Of a DNA stretch of 64,000 nucleotides, positions 1-11,967 are shown piece after piece. How positions within the stretch are numbered: position 1 is the first letter of the stretch; every line of letters starts with the position of its first letter. The notes below the pieces were generated by a model, which saw nothing but the letters and a program-made list of their open reading frames with translations, had not been told where the DNA came from and made no database searches. This DNA comes from Raillietiella orientalis (Eukaryota): the NCBI GenBank assembly GCA_036172245.1, contig JAYWIR010000045.1, forward strand, positions 372,001 to 436,000. Direction: 5' to 3'. The position numbers were made by a program, and so were the translations under genes.

Positions 1-1180
1 GAGATAGAAGCTACTCGAGAGTAATTTCTTTGATGATCGCTGTGCTTTCCTTTCCCTTGAATGGATAAGTTCGTTCAGCGTTCTTTGATTGCAAACGCAA
101 AAAGGCTGAAGACGAACTCTCGTAGTTGTCATGGCAAAGAGTTATTTTACTCTGAGATCAAAGAGTTGTCGATGAGATCGCACACATTACCTTTACCAGA
201 AATGATAAACATCTTTTTTTTTTTTTTAATACCTCGCTGGGATGTAATTTTAATTCCAAGTCCAGAAGGGATCTGAATCGCTTTAGCAACGGAAGCAGAA
301 AGCCCAACAGTTTTTAAGAGGAGTTTTTCCAACGTCTTCTCAAAAAAACGAGCACCATTTACAGCTTGGAAAACATAAGCGTTGAGACCTCTTGAGACCT
401 TACTTTTGAGACCCACTACATCAACATGACCTAACACCGTGCAAGTGTTCGATTGAAACCCTTGGGAAAGAAGATGTTGAAATGTGTTGAAATTCATTTA
501 TCTTGGTCCATGCAGCTTGAAAGGCAATCCAAGCGATCACAGAACCTCTCCGAAAAACGAGGATGAGATCAAGAGCTATTGATTATCATTACACCCGCTG
601 AGGAAACCCTGTCTATCCTTAATGATTCATCACTTGGGAGTATTCCTCATACACAAGTGAGAAAACGTAAAGAGACGTAGGTTCCATCCAGAAACAGCCA
701 AAATTTGGAAATTTTGGGGTTTTATACAAATGTGTACGTTATTTACGTGGAAGCATCCTGCAGTCACCCATCTTGATAATTTTTTGCTCCCTTATCTGTA
801 GACTTGTGCGGAGTATTGCGATGCCCGAAACTCATGACTTGCAGAACATTTCAGGTTTCAGATGACGATTTCAAAGATGCTGTGTTCAGTGGGACACTGA
901 TTTTTAAACAGAAAGAAATCCTTCCACGGAGCCATCTCTGTAACTTCCATTTTTTTTCCTCCGCATCTCCTGTCTAGAGCATGGTTTTCAAGAAATCCTT
1001 CTGGCATGCACCATTCAAATGAGCAACCGAATGCAGCTCTGAACCTTCGCCTCCCAATTGAAGTGCTCACCTGACATGCGGTGCTGATGACTGTTTCCAG
1101 AACGATGGCTTGGGTGCGGCGATCACGTCACTTCAGGACTTCATAGGGCGCCCCTAACCGGAAAACGTGGAAATGTGCGC
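1..1180 (-). pseudogene. BCS1: Decayed BCS1-like AAA ATPase, copy 3 (runs toward window start)
   Basis: LGAPYEVLK (same motif as copy 2), RAAFGCSFEW (YTAVGSEW), LENHALD (LNSVVL), FQHLLSQGFQSNTCTVLGHVDVVGL ([24 protein letters not shown]), TLEKLLLKTVGLSASVAKAI (TFSGLLNALDGVASTEARI). In-frame stops are present. Confidence 0.55.
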
Positions 1181-1449
1181 AGCGTGTACTCCGACATCCG
1201 TGTTTGCATTTCTCGTTTGCTCTGAAAGCAGGCATTTTCACTCCTTCGACCGAAACAAGGAGGTTAGATGGGGACTTTGGTTGTGCTGTTTGCTCTAAGG
1301 CCCTTCCCAGTAATCGGAATGACAGAGGAAACATAACAGGGGAGTGAGGAGGAGGGGGGAGGGATCGCTTTCCTGAAAAATTCAATTTCCCGCTTTCTCA
1401 GGAATTGCTCCCTGGATAAGAAACAGGTGGCTCAAGAGTTCGACAGAGT

Positions 1450-2510
1450 CTGTTTCAAAGCAGCATGATCAGAAATGCTGAACTGGATAATGGTTAAGGA
1501 GTTCCATCGAAAGACATGTCGGCACTAATGATCTGGAAAACACAACATTATGACTTAGCGCTTTGGAATTCGAACCTCACACTAGAAAAAGGAACCAATG
1601 GAATCAGGTTTAGGTGAAGGGAAGTCACGACTGTAGTCGCTGCTTTCGCCTTTCACAGTGCTCATGACTTTTCAGAGTGGTCGCAAAAGTTTTTTCAAAA
1701 ATCTGACCCCAGTTTCCCAGTTGGACGTGGACGCAGTCCAATTCAGCCGCTGAGCTGATTCCTGTGCCATCCTTCGATACTGAATTTCTCCTGCATTTCT
1801 TCATCTCACCCTGAATGACTACGACAAACGGTCATCAATAAGTGATTCATGATGACGTGAAAGATGTTCAGTGTTCCTGCTAAATAAGCACTTATTAGAA
1901 GCAGGAAATATTTTGATTCACAGCTCCCTAGCCACTTGCTTGCATGAGACCTTCCACTGGGTCGGAAAACACTTGTCAGAGGAAAAAGAGAAAACTTCAC
2001 TGTTGGCAAAGAAAAAGACAAAGGTCAATTGTAAAGGTGATTGCATAGGGCCTTCATGTCTTGTAAACTAAATATGACCTTTGAAACCATGTGTGATTAC
2101 AATTTTTCAGTCACTCAGTTCTAATGAAAACCGAAATGACGCCCACACATATCCGCAATGATCAAACGAATGTCAAGAGCACGTGGAAGGTCAGACACCA
2201 AATCCTTGATAGCGGGAACCTAGGGTAGTAAAGGACCCTAGGGTGGAAATCTGTGGAAAGCAGTCAGAGAAGGTCACGAGCTCATACGGTGCACCTGCAG
2301 CCAGGTTCATCAGAGGCTTTCGAACGGAAGCATCAATTGGACACAACAGCCCAGTCTTGATGTCTCGAAAGAACTGGATTTTTAGCTGCAGTGTCCCCTT
2401 CGTAGCTGATTGAGAACTGCGCCCCGTGGTGGTTCGGACACCCTTGCAGAAGCCAGCTCGAGTCACTTCTCGGGATGTCTTGTATCGGCTAGGAAAATTC
2501 CTCTGCTAGG
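1450..2510 (-). pseudogene. BCS1: Decayed BCS1-like AAA ATPase, copy 2
   Basis: IPRSDSSWLLQ (VPARDRSYAWLLS), GTLQLKIQFF (GRISTKFEF), MNLAAGAPYELVTF...TTLG (IDLQTGTPWESVTFTALG), SAYLAGTL...MNHLLMTV (TALAGEL...LNHLLSV), EGWHRNQLSG/LDCV (QGLGRLTFSGLLNALDGV). Colinear with BCS1 but frameshifted; Walker A is not intact. Confidence 0.65.
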
Positions 2511-2699
2511 ATTCTGGTCACAACGGCATCCGTAGTCTACTTGTGTCTCAGTTTTCGTGTTCCACTGTAATTCTGATTGAAAATACGAGAGCATTTTTCT
2601 CGCCCTCCCTAAACTGCCTGACTGTCACCTCCCAACTTTTGAATTACGTGTTTCTTCCCCCCCCCCCCCCTTTCCCTCTCCCGCATCATCCTAGAGGAT

Positions 2700-3212
2700 T
2701 TGCGTTCGCCATTTTCAGCTTGAAATCTCTAGCAGGGTAGAACTTGGAAGTTGAACAAATCTTTGGCATGAACCAGAACACTCTCGACAGCACCTCTCCC
2801 AGGCATTCCATTGATCGAACTTTCGTGTCTTTCGTATGCCGAAACTGCTTCGGCAATCTAAATAGTCATCCCCAGAGCAGTTCGGTCTGAAAGATACTGG
2901 AAGTTCCAAGGTAAGGCTTTGAGCACTTTTTGAAGAATGTTTCAGTGACAACTCTCACGAGTCTTCCCTGAATATTTTGTTCCAGTTCTATATATTTCAT
3001 AGGAGTGATGCCATTCTTTCTTCTAAAGCACGTTTTTCCATTGTGAAGCTTGGCTGTGATTTGTGCTCAAGTCCAAACCCCCTCAACCCAAGCCATGCCA
3101 ACGTCCCCCCACAAAAGCAATGATCCAAAAGCTCCCAAGTCGGTATGCTGACAACGCTATGGGGGCAGGGATGGCTCTCTCCGCGTTTGCCAATATTGCA
3201 TGCAGTGCACAT
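2700..3212 (-). pseudogene. BCS1: Decayed BCS1-like mitochondrial AAA chaperone, copy 1 (N-terminal part, frameshifted, internal deletion)
   Basis: Minus-strand peptides in BCS1 order: KHSSKSAQSLTLE (cf. BCS1L RHSTRTQHLSVE), FGIRKTRK (FGYPRRRR), GRGAVESVLVHAKDLFN (QQGLADRIVRDVQEFIDN), SKFYPARD (PKWYTDRG). Stops and frame changes lie between blocks. Confidence 0.5.
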
Positions 3213-3979
3213 GTTGTCGGTTTCAGGTCTCCAAAAACTTCCGATAAGTTTTTCCGGCTCTTGGAGGTCGGAGACTTAAAGTTTTTAAATACATCAAGAA
3301 AAGAAAAAAGAAAAGAAAAAGCAGTTCGGGCGCTCAGCCTTGCCATTTCTTCCACTTTTCGATTTCTGTCACATTCCAGCACATCCTAATCGCTTTTTGA
3401 TCGATGAGAGAGCTTGGCCTAGCAGGAGAAAACAAATCTGCGTGATGGGCAGGCGATGGATGCGCGGCTTGGCAACGTTGGCTTCCTTGACCGATTCTTT
3501 GGAGCACAGACATCTGAAAATAAGATGCAAACGACGCAATCAGAAAGTGCAGGGAAATCTGACACCCAGTGAAACGAAATAGGGGAAGTAATCTGGATGG
3601 AGAATTCTCTCCAGAGCGGCAGAAATTCTTAATCGAAAAGATGGCAAAGATCAGAGGGCGCTCCACTTCCATCGGCACGCAGTATCGGGGAAAAAAATGG
3701 CGCTGGCGTGTCCCATAGAGCAAAACTGGAGATAAGTCCGGATTTTACATTCGATTGGCGTTGATGGCTTTCTTCCCTCTTACAACTTGGTTTTGAAGGA
3801 GATTCCCGTCCTGCTTTCTTCGTGTCTAGAGAACTCAGCTGCTCGTGGATCCCTGGATAAGAAATTCCCGTCCAAAGACGAAGCCGATTCCGACGACGCG
3901 ACACGTCTCGTCCGTGGAACTGGCTTGGTGTGGTTTGACGTCAGGAGAGCCTTCCAAGCCGAGAAATGAAAGCTCTTGG

Positions 3980-4890
3980 TGTCCTCAAAAGAGAAAGATC
4001 TGTTTCGAAAAACAAACATTGTCGACAAACGTCGGACACCATGTGGCTACTGTCTTCGAGCGTGGCACCAAGCATAGCGGGTTCGAATCCCTACGTCTAC
4101 GCCGAGAAATGGGTGTGTCGTGGGATTCGAGTTCACCCCCTCAGGATCACGTCAGCTGGCCTTTAGGCTTCATGTGCGACCCTGGTGGAAGCACTGGAAA
4201 CTGGATATCCCTTGTTGGGTGACCGGGATCTGGAAGTTGACGCTCCGGGATCCCTCCAAGAATCAAGGAGACTGCAGGAAGATCTCGAAGACAGTTCCCT
4301 TCGGGGTTCCCCTCCGGTTGTGAGAATGAAGCCGTTTCTACCCCTCCCCTTCCTCAGGGAGGGAAGTTGGCTGATATCGCCTCAGGGAGTTGCCTTACCA
4401 GAGTGTGAGAAGTGCTCCGCTCCCTTCGGGGAGTAGCCATTGAGAGAAAACCGGAAGTGTCATTTCGGGGTTCTCTTCAGAGGAGGAAACATGAGCGGAT
4501 TCTTTCCGGGAAGTCCCTAAGGAGAAGAAATTCCAGGAGCGCATCCTTCCGTGGTTCCATTTGAAAAAGAAATGAAGAATGTCCCCCTTCGGGGTTCCTC
4601 CGGAGAGAATAAGGAGGACATTCCCTTTAGGATTTCTTCGGAGACAACCAGGACGAAGGTTTCCTTAGAGAATTCCTCCCAAGCGTGAGAGGAAAGGATG
4701 CTTATCCCCGGAGTCTCTTAAGAGGTATCTTGAAGAGCTAACACTCACCCTCGGGCGGCGTGGACAGCGTTACAGAACTTCGTAAGTCCTTCTCCCCTCC
4801 CCTTCCCCAAGAAGGAGAACGGTTCTTCAGCACATGGGAAATCCAAAAACAAGGAACCCCAAACCAAAACAAAGGAAGAAAAAAAAGGGC
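3980..4890 (+). mobile_element. SINE-like repeat family A, copy A1 (double tRNA-like B-box head, ~39-bp internal repeats, A-rich tail)
   Basis: GGGTTCGAATCCC at 4079-4091 and GTCGTGGGATTCGAGTTC at 4117-4134. Body shares blocks (ccaagaatcaagga, ttctcttcagaggaggaaaca, ccctcgggcggcgtggacag, ggttcttcagcac) with copies at 7.5, 27.4 and 47.0 kb. A-rich end at 4850-4887. Confidence 0.6.
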
Positions 4891-5599
4891 AGTCCGGAGT
4901 CGTCCTGTTCTCTAACGTGCGTGCGCTAGACAAGAATTTTCCCCCCTGTATGTCAAGCTCAAAGTTCTCGATTAGTCATTTCATATATACAGAATTGGTG
5001 CAAATGCTTTGACAATCCACTGGTCTCATGCTGCGCTCATCTGCGCTACCACTGTTCCTGGATCTCCTCTTTGACTTTTGAATGTCCTTGAGAGAAGCTC
5101 CCGGAACGGCATGTCCTCCGCCACGCAGCATCGTGAGTCGGATCATTCACTGCTCGCCAATGGCGACCCAACCGCTTCAGACACCTTCAGACACCTTCAG
5201 ACTGAACCTGCAGCTTGTCGCGGAGGCATCGACAAGAATCTGTTCGAATGGCACGCGTGGAAGAGGCACGGTATGGGAAGGGACATCGTCGCACATCCTG
5301 GGTCACTGCGTCACGGATTACGCCTTCCTCTCTCCAAGCAGGACGACCCTTCTGCTCAGTCAAGTCAGAGATGACATGCAGGAAGACGAGGGCCTCGTGA
5401 CCTTCAACGAGCCCACACCGGAACGACCGTGGCTTGCGGACTTTGTCAGCACCTGGTCACTCGGTTGACGAGACGGTCGTGCCTTTCGAGCAGGAAGAGG
5501 GAATTCCGGCACCGAGCTCCAGAATTCGGCGCACCTTCTACACAGGAAGAACGATACGGTAGCCGTTTCTACATCTCTCGCGCACGAGAGGTGCCGCGC

Positions 5600-5860
5600 T
5601 CTCGAAGTTTCCGATGGAAAAGACCAGAACTGCGCGTGCTTCACCGCCACTCTTGTTGTCTCTCGACAGTCGCTGCTTCTCGAGATGAGGTTTTTTCTCT
5701 TTTGAGGAAAACAGGTGCACGTGTCGGTCACTCGGGTGAACGAGGGACCAGTCGTCGCGCTTTCTTTTTCTCTCGTTTGCTAGGATCCGGCGTCGTTCAC
5801 GAGGAAACGGGTCCAGATGCCGAGAAGAACTTTGCCTGGCTGTTTTTCGTCGAGAGAGGC
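5600..5860 (+). mobile_element. Possible remnant of a retroviral-type/Ginger integrase zinc-binding (H2C2) region
   Basis: RDEVFSLL...VGHSGERGT resembles the E.F.il..H..gH.G...T motif. No catalytic DDE core was recognised. Confidence 0.25.
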
Positions 5861-7529
5861 GCACCGGCTCCGGCGAGAGCAGCAACAGCACGCCTGAGAC
5901 CCGATGAACGGAAAGGTGTGCACAGAGCGTGCCGACGGCTCTAGCAGGAAACCTGACGCGGGGGAGGCGTGCACCAACGCACAGCCCAGCCAGGTCGCAT
6001 GGAACCGGAAGCACCTCGTGGTGCACCCTCCTGGATGAGCGGAGATCAGGATGATTGTGGATTCAGCTTGATGCGACGGATGTCCACTCGAAGCCGTTCG
6101 CATGCGCAGGTGGCAGCCTGGAAAGTGCTCTTTCCAGCGGGTGCGCAACCACTCCTCGATCTACGATCGCGCACTCATCCAAGGGCGTGATGAGTGAGCT
6201 CTTGGAAGAACTCGGGAAACTGCAGAGAACACCGGGTGGTGGCGACCATCCAACCAGCTGACCTCCGAGGCAGACTCCAGCCTCTGACCTGACCTGGGAG
6301 CGCACGACGGAGAGGAGTTAGCTGCAGTCGACAGCGCCTCCGCGCTCGAAGGAACACAACACGTTTGGAAGCTAGAAAAAAGAGAAGGAGCAAGTCCTGG
6401 ATCTCCGCTTCGCTTCTGGAGAAGTTGTCTCGGTTGTCCGTCTTGGTACGTGCCCACGTGGTTTGGTCTCCGGGAACAGACTCCCGAGACCCCGTGGCTG
6501 GACCCGGAAAGCGTCAAGGTCCTGTAAATCCTGCAAAGGCTATCCGAGATGGTGAGCAGCAGCATCCAGCACTTTCGGCGCTTTACTGGAAAGACCACCA
6601 AGAATAATATGCGTATGAGAAACTGAAAGGAAGGACTATGAGATGTGGAAAAAGCATGAGAATGAGGGAATTTTCCTCCTCCTCTTCGGCACTTTGTTTG
6701 CACCTCACTACAGCCTTTCCCTCATGCATACTTTTCGAACCGAATAAAAAAAAAAAAAACTTCTGATCCGATGACCAAATGGTTTAAACAGTGGAGAATG
6801 CACTCTGAGATTTATTTTATGCACCGAAACTTTCGATGGAACTTCCTACAATGTGAGCTGCAGCTCTAAACCCGGCAGTCCTTTCTCTCCTTGTGCTGTT
6901 CATCTTGACTGCAAATGTTGCTCTTCTACTCCTCTAAAAGTTATCTTTTCCACAGAATTTCATTCTTCATTTTAACTGCCAGAAAATAACTACAGAAAGA
7001 GATCAGATGAGTGGGTTGCTTTGGCATAATTTGAATCAGTTGCTGACAACAGGTGCGTCTTTCCTTTCTCTTGCACAAAACCACGCAGCAGTGGCTGATG
7101 GACGTTGGCAACCATCGATTCTTAGGAAGCAGTCCTTCATCGTCCACGAGGAACACAGATGGAAACCTGGGCATCCCTACCACTTTCTTCTAATGCAAAC
7201 TCGTGCCACTAAGATTGTCCGTCCTGTAGCGCCCCTCTGCTCGGGGAAACTGCCCTTGAGGAAGATACCGGAGCCTGCTTCACAGGGAGCATCACGACTC
7301 ATCGATGAAGAATCTGGGGGAGGAGGAAGAGTGAGCAGGTAGATTCTCCAGCAGGGTAGGAGGTGACCTGGATAGCGAGAGCTTTTGAGTCCACTGCACC
7401 ATGGAAAAGGACGCCGCTAGCCCAGGAAGCCCCGCCCAGGGACCTCTCGGGGCTCGCAAAGTTCTGCTTGCCCACACACCCTTCGCGGGATCTACCAGGA
7501 TCTTCGGAGCGTGCAGTTGTTGTACAGGA

Positions 7530-8180
7530 AACGTCGCACCTGTTCCGCGCTTGGTTCCTGGATCCCCGCCTACGTGAGAACGGTTTTCTGCAGCCAGGCA
7601 ATACCGTTCGCGGGGCGACACGAGATCCACGTGGCACCGGTGAAAGCCGGAAACCGGATGTCCCGTTGACTGGCCGAGATTGGAAGTCGAACCTCCGGGG
7701 TTCTTCCAGGAATCAAGGAACCGGTTCCCTCCTGCTGTGCAAATAGAGCCGTACCGGGCGTACCTCCATCTCGTGCCGTAGAGCTGCTGGATTGACACCT
7801 CTCCAGAGTGTCAAGAAATGCACTGCTCCCTTCAGGAAGCGACACTCAGAGAAATTGAAAGTGTCCCTTCGTGATTCTCTTCAGAGGAGGAAACAGAGAG
7901 CGGTTTTCTTCCGGAAAAGAAATGAGGAGTGGCTCCCTCCAAAAGCCCTCTTCCGAAGCGAAAAGGAAGAGGTTCTTCTCAGGTGCCCTTCCAAGAGCAA
8001 GAGGAAAGAACTCCTTACCCCGGAATCTCCCTGGATTCCACAGAATAGTTTCCCTCCGGGGGTATCCCCTAACTTGAAGAGTCACCACACGCTTTCTCGG
8101 GTGACGTGGAGAGCGTTAAGAAGTTTCGTGAGCGTCTCCTGAGGAGCCGAAAGGTTCTTCAACACTTTGCGAACCTGAAA
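7530..8180 (+). mobile_element. SINE-like repeat family A, copy A2 (head degenerate)
   Basis: ggcaccggtgaaagccggaaacc, ttcttccaggaatcaagga, gtgtcccttcgtgattctcttcagaggaggaaaca, ctcgggtgacgtggagagcgttaagaagtttcgtgag and ggttcttcaacact match A1/A3/A4. Confidence 0.6.
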
Positions 8181-10581
8181 TGAGTGGATTTTCTTAAAGT
8201 TTCCCAACTTCTGGGCTACCCAATAGGCGCTCAGCTTTCCTTTCTCTCTTTCAGCGCAGCATCGTACCAGAGATGTACTGGAGTCACCTCCAGAACGAAG
8301 AGCGCTATCACACATTCCATATCTTCTCTGCGAGTAACCGCGGAAGCTCTTCTGCGCAAAGGCCTCTGGGATGCTCCAGAGTCTCCAGTCTTCTTCTGAA
8401 AAGGAACTCCAACTATCCCTTCATAAGTCTCCAAAGACCCGCGTGGAAGGATGCTTACCTCTTCAGACCTAGCAGTCGTCTCCTCGCTGGTCATCTTCTG
8501 CCCATTTGTGGGCAATGGCGATGCCCCAAAGGGATTAAGGCCCTCAATAGCAGTGAGAACACAATCAAGATTGCTACGATGGAAGGGCACCTTGAGGAAC
8601 TTTACTCCCTTTCTGTCCTAGATAGGAAAGAGGCCACTCCAGGGAGAAGACAACAAAAGAATTCCTATCGACTCAGCTCTCCAGCTGCCCTCAGTACATG
8701 GCAAAATGTCTCTCCATAGCATGGAGGTCTCGTTCCACGACCATTTGGAACTTGGAATCCACCACTGCTCATGTCGCATGGTGTAGCGCTACTCCGCATC
8801 ATGGAATCAAAGAGAACTTCAGGACACCTGTGGACACCGACTGCGTGATAACAAGAGATGGTTACCTTGATCCCGACCTACGCAGGTTCCGGGAATCATC
8901 ATCATGCTCACCAACCGTGAGACACAGTGAATGAATGGAAGGTCTCCAAGGTTTGACCACTTCAAAATGAGAGTGGAATTTTAGTTTTGAAGTTTAAAGC
9001 CATTTCGAGAAGACGAAACGCAAACCTCCTCCAGTGGCTGGGACAACCGATTTACTTGAATGGGATCACTGGAATGGCGCTTCAGTAAAAGAGTGGGAAA
9101 CCTCCAAGTTCTGACCTATTCGGACTTTAAAACGCTAGAGGAATTTTTGTTTTGAAATTTAAAGAGTGCCTGCCATTTCGGGAAGACCAGTCCATCCCAC
9201 TTCCAGGTATTCCCCTTCCACTATCTCCCTAGTCGCGTCCCCTGAGAGGTTCGAGCCCTCGCCTTTCGGCAGATGTCCGGCCCTTCCTTCTTGCGCGTCT
9301 CCGTCGATTTTCGCGCCCACCCAAGCGCTCCAGGCGGGACATCTTGGACATTCGGCCTGGAGCCCCAGCGAACCGGAGTCGAACTCTGCGGCTATCTTTC
9401 GCCCGGAAGGGGTGTTCCCTTTGGTCGCGCCTCATGGACACCGGGCTGCAGGCACGGGCGTAGAAGAAGCGGGGTCGGCCTTCGCTGTGTCTAGCGACCG
9501 GATCCCACGGCGGAGGAATCACAGGAACGGAACCATTGGCTGGGGAAATGATGGACACTCTCCTTCTCCTTATTCTTTCCATCCACTCATGTGGTCCCGA
9601 AAACTGTGAAAATGAAAATAAAAATTGGTCATTCACCAAATTTAAATAAGTGGTTTGTTATGCCGGGATGAGAGATTCGTGAGCCCCGTTCACTCCAATG
9701 ATGATGGTTTCATGGAGCATTTTTGGCGGTTCCGAGGAAAAGTAGCAGATCGAGTTGATCATCGCAGCGGAGGTCGCAGAGGACAAGTAGAGAAAGGGTG
9801 ACCATCTGGTGCAGCGGAGATTGCCGTCTGTATTTTTTTCTACGTCCCTTCTAGTTAAGACGGTCGTGTCTCCGGATCCTGGAAACGAATCCCGGAATTC
9901 CGGACCACACAATGCCCTTGAAAGGTGGTCCGTGCGCTCACAGGTGCTCTCGGAGCGGTCCTTGCCGAGAGCAGAAGCGAACTCGGAATGCTTCTCAGTC
10001 GTCCGGATGACAGAAGTCTGGTCTGATTGCGGGATCTTCCCGTGATCTCCCTCCTCCCATAGCTCACCGGAACGAGAGGCAAATTCACAAAGGAAGGTGA
10101 ATCCTCAAAAGACTCTCTACTTCTCTTCCGTGAGACCTCTTCGTGGTAGGCGCTGCGTTCTTCTGGTCTACCAAAGATAAGAGGTTGAGAGAAAAGAAAG
10201 CCCTAGGGGCAGTCGGGGTGAGAGTAGAACGCGGCACCAAAAGCTCCGAGAATTGGAGACTAGAAGTGGTCTCCGGGCCACACAGGCCCATGACATGAAA
10301 CAGTAGGGGACAGCTGACTAGACCGCTGGCTTCCGGCGCGTAGATAAATCTCCTGCCTCCCTGCCGAAGAAAATGGGAGCAACCCCATATTCTACCAAAT
10401 TCCGGGAGAGAATCAGCTGACCCGTGGAGCAGAACAAACTCGAGGATCTCGGTGAGGACAAGACAGGCTACGAGACCGGGCGATGCTCTAGGAAGAGAAG
10501 CCGCAAACTTCCAAAGGATCCGACTGAAGTGATTTTCGGATGCGGTCGGATCACATGACGGTTCCCGGAGAGTCGGATGCT

Positions 10582-10647
10582 GCATCTCCTTTCAAGTGCT
10601 TAGTCATCCGTCATCTCGGATTGAGTCTCCTAAGCGGATCGATCTTC
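10582..10647 (+). repeat. Short repeat family C, + copy (inverted partner at 11914-11967)
   Basis: 10590-10620 matches the reverse complement of 11929-11959 at 30/31 positions; similarity extends on both sides. Confidence 0.8.
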
Positions 10648-11829
10648 TCTTTATTCAGGATTTGCGATTCTCCTGTCGAGTCTTACCATCTTAGGCGCAT
10701 GCATTCCATCTCTAGAGGGACTCGACCCCTTCTTCTGCATATGCTGATGCTTTCAGGTCAACCCTCATGCGGAAAGGAAAGGAGGGGAGATACCAAACCG
10801 GAAGTTTTCCCCCTTCTTCTTCAGATCGCTCAGTGCGAGAGGAGATCGAGTAGCGGGTGAAGTAGAAGGGGAAGATGGCGGCGAGGGAAGCGACCTCGTG
10901 CCGCCACTGCTGCCATAACGTTAGGTTGCCACCGGTTTCCCCACCTTCCTCCTAGCGATGAGGTGCAGCAGGATGAGTGGCGGAGGACGAATAAGGTGAT
11001 GGTGACATTAGGGGTCAGGAAGATCAATGATAGGAAGCGATGGACGCCGTGATGACGTTTGCAACGAGACAGAAGCGTGGGATGGCGATGACTCCGCTGC
11101 AGCCTCAATACGACGGACAGCCATCGGTCTCCCCTTCCCTCTACACCCCCTTCCTTGCGGTTCTCGGCGCAGCGACCGCCGTCCTCAGCGCTTCCTCCTC
11201 CGCTTTCAACCCCACCCACCGAGTTTCCGTTCAAGAGATGCTCGAGAGGAACCTCCCATTTCCTTCTTCCCTCGCTCTCTTCTTGTTTTGCCGGAGGACC
11301 GTCGAGAGAAACTTCGGCTTAGGCGACGAAAGAAGCGCCTTCTCTCTGGATAGGGAGGGACGGGGACGCAAGAGAACTGCTGTTGCTCCCTCTGGAACCC
11401 AAGGCTGGAGACCCTCGATTCTCCGGACACAGCGGTGGCGCTCTGTCTGCACCGTCCTTCCCCAGAGAGTTGGACGCTAAGAGGTTTGCCCCCCTCCCCC
11501 CCGCGTCCGTTTGGCTGCCAAAGGACTGCGGAGCCGCCTACATTTTTGCTGACACAACCGCCTGGTCCTACGAAGGCGCCGGCAAGAGTCTAAGTTCGAT
11601 CCTGCTTTCCTTCCCTTCCCTCTTCCCACCTATTTGCTTCCCCCGATGGCAGGCGGGGGATATGTATTTTGTTGGTGTTGGAAATTTAGGAGATGGTTAA
11701 TTACCACGCCGTAGACCGCAGTTCCTCGAGTGCCTTGAGCATAATTTCTGGATACCGAAAGCGCTTCATACTCGCAGACCCTTAGACCCGGGCCAGAGTG
11801 ACCTTGACGGCGTCCTACTCGGGGGAAAC

Positions 11830-11967
11830 GCTCCTTTTTTCTTGTTTAGCGACCTTATGGACCGGACCGGAAGATCGATATTGGGAGAACGGAGGAAGCC
11901 AGGAAGAGCAGGACGCTAGGGACCTCCATCCGAGATGACGGATGACCAAGCACTTGAAAGAAAATGC
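11830..11967 (-). repeat. Short repeat family C, - copy with SINE/RTE-like tail
   Basis: Inverted match to 10582-10647. The tail gtttagcgaccttatggaccg (11844-11864) recurs identically at 12902-12922. Its reverse complement GGTCCATAAGGTCGCTAAAC plus an A-rich run resembles RTE 3' ends. Confidence 0.6.

Noticed and set aside
4290..4740. CRISPR-like spaced repeats
   Set aside because: Units are degenerate tandem repeats with no identical direct repeats or unique spacers, no cas genes, and a eukaryotic context.
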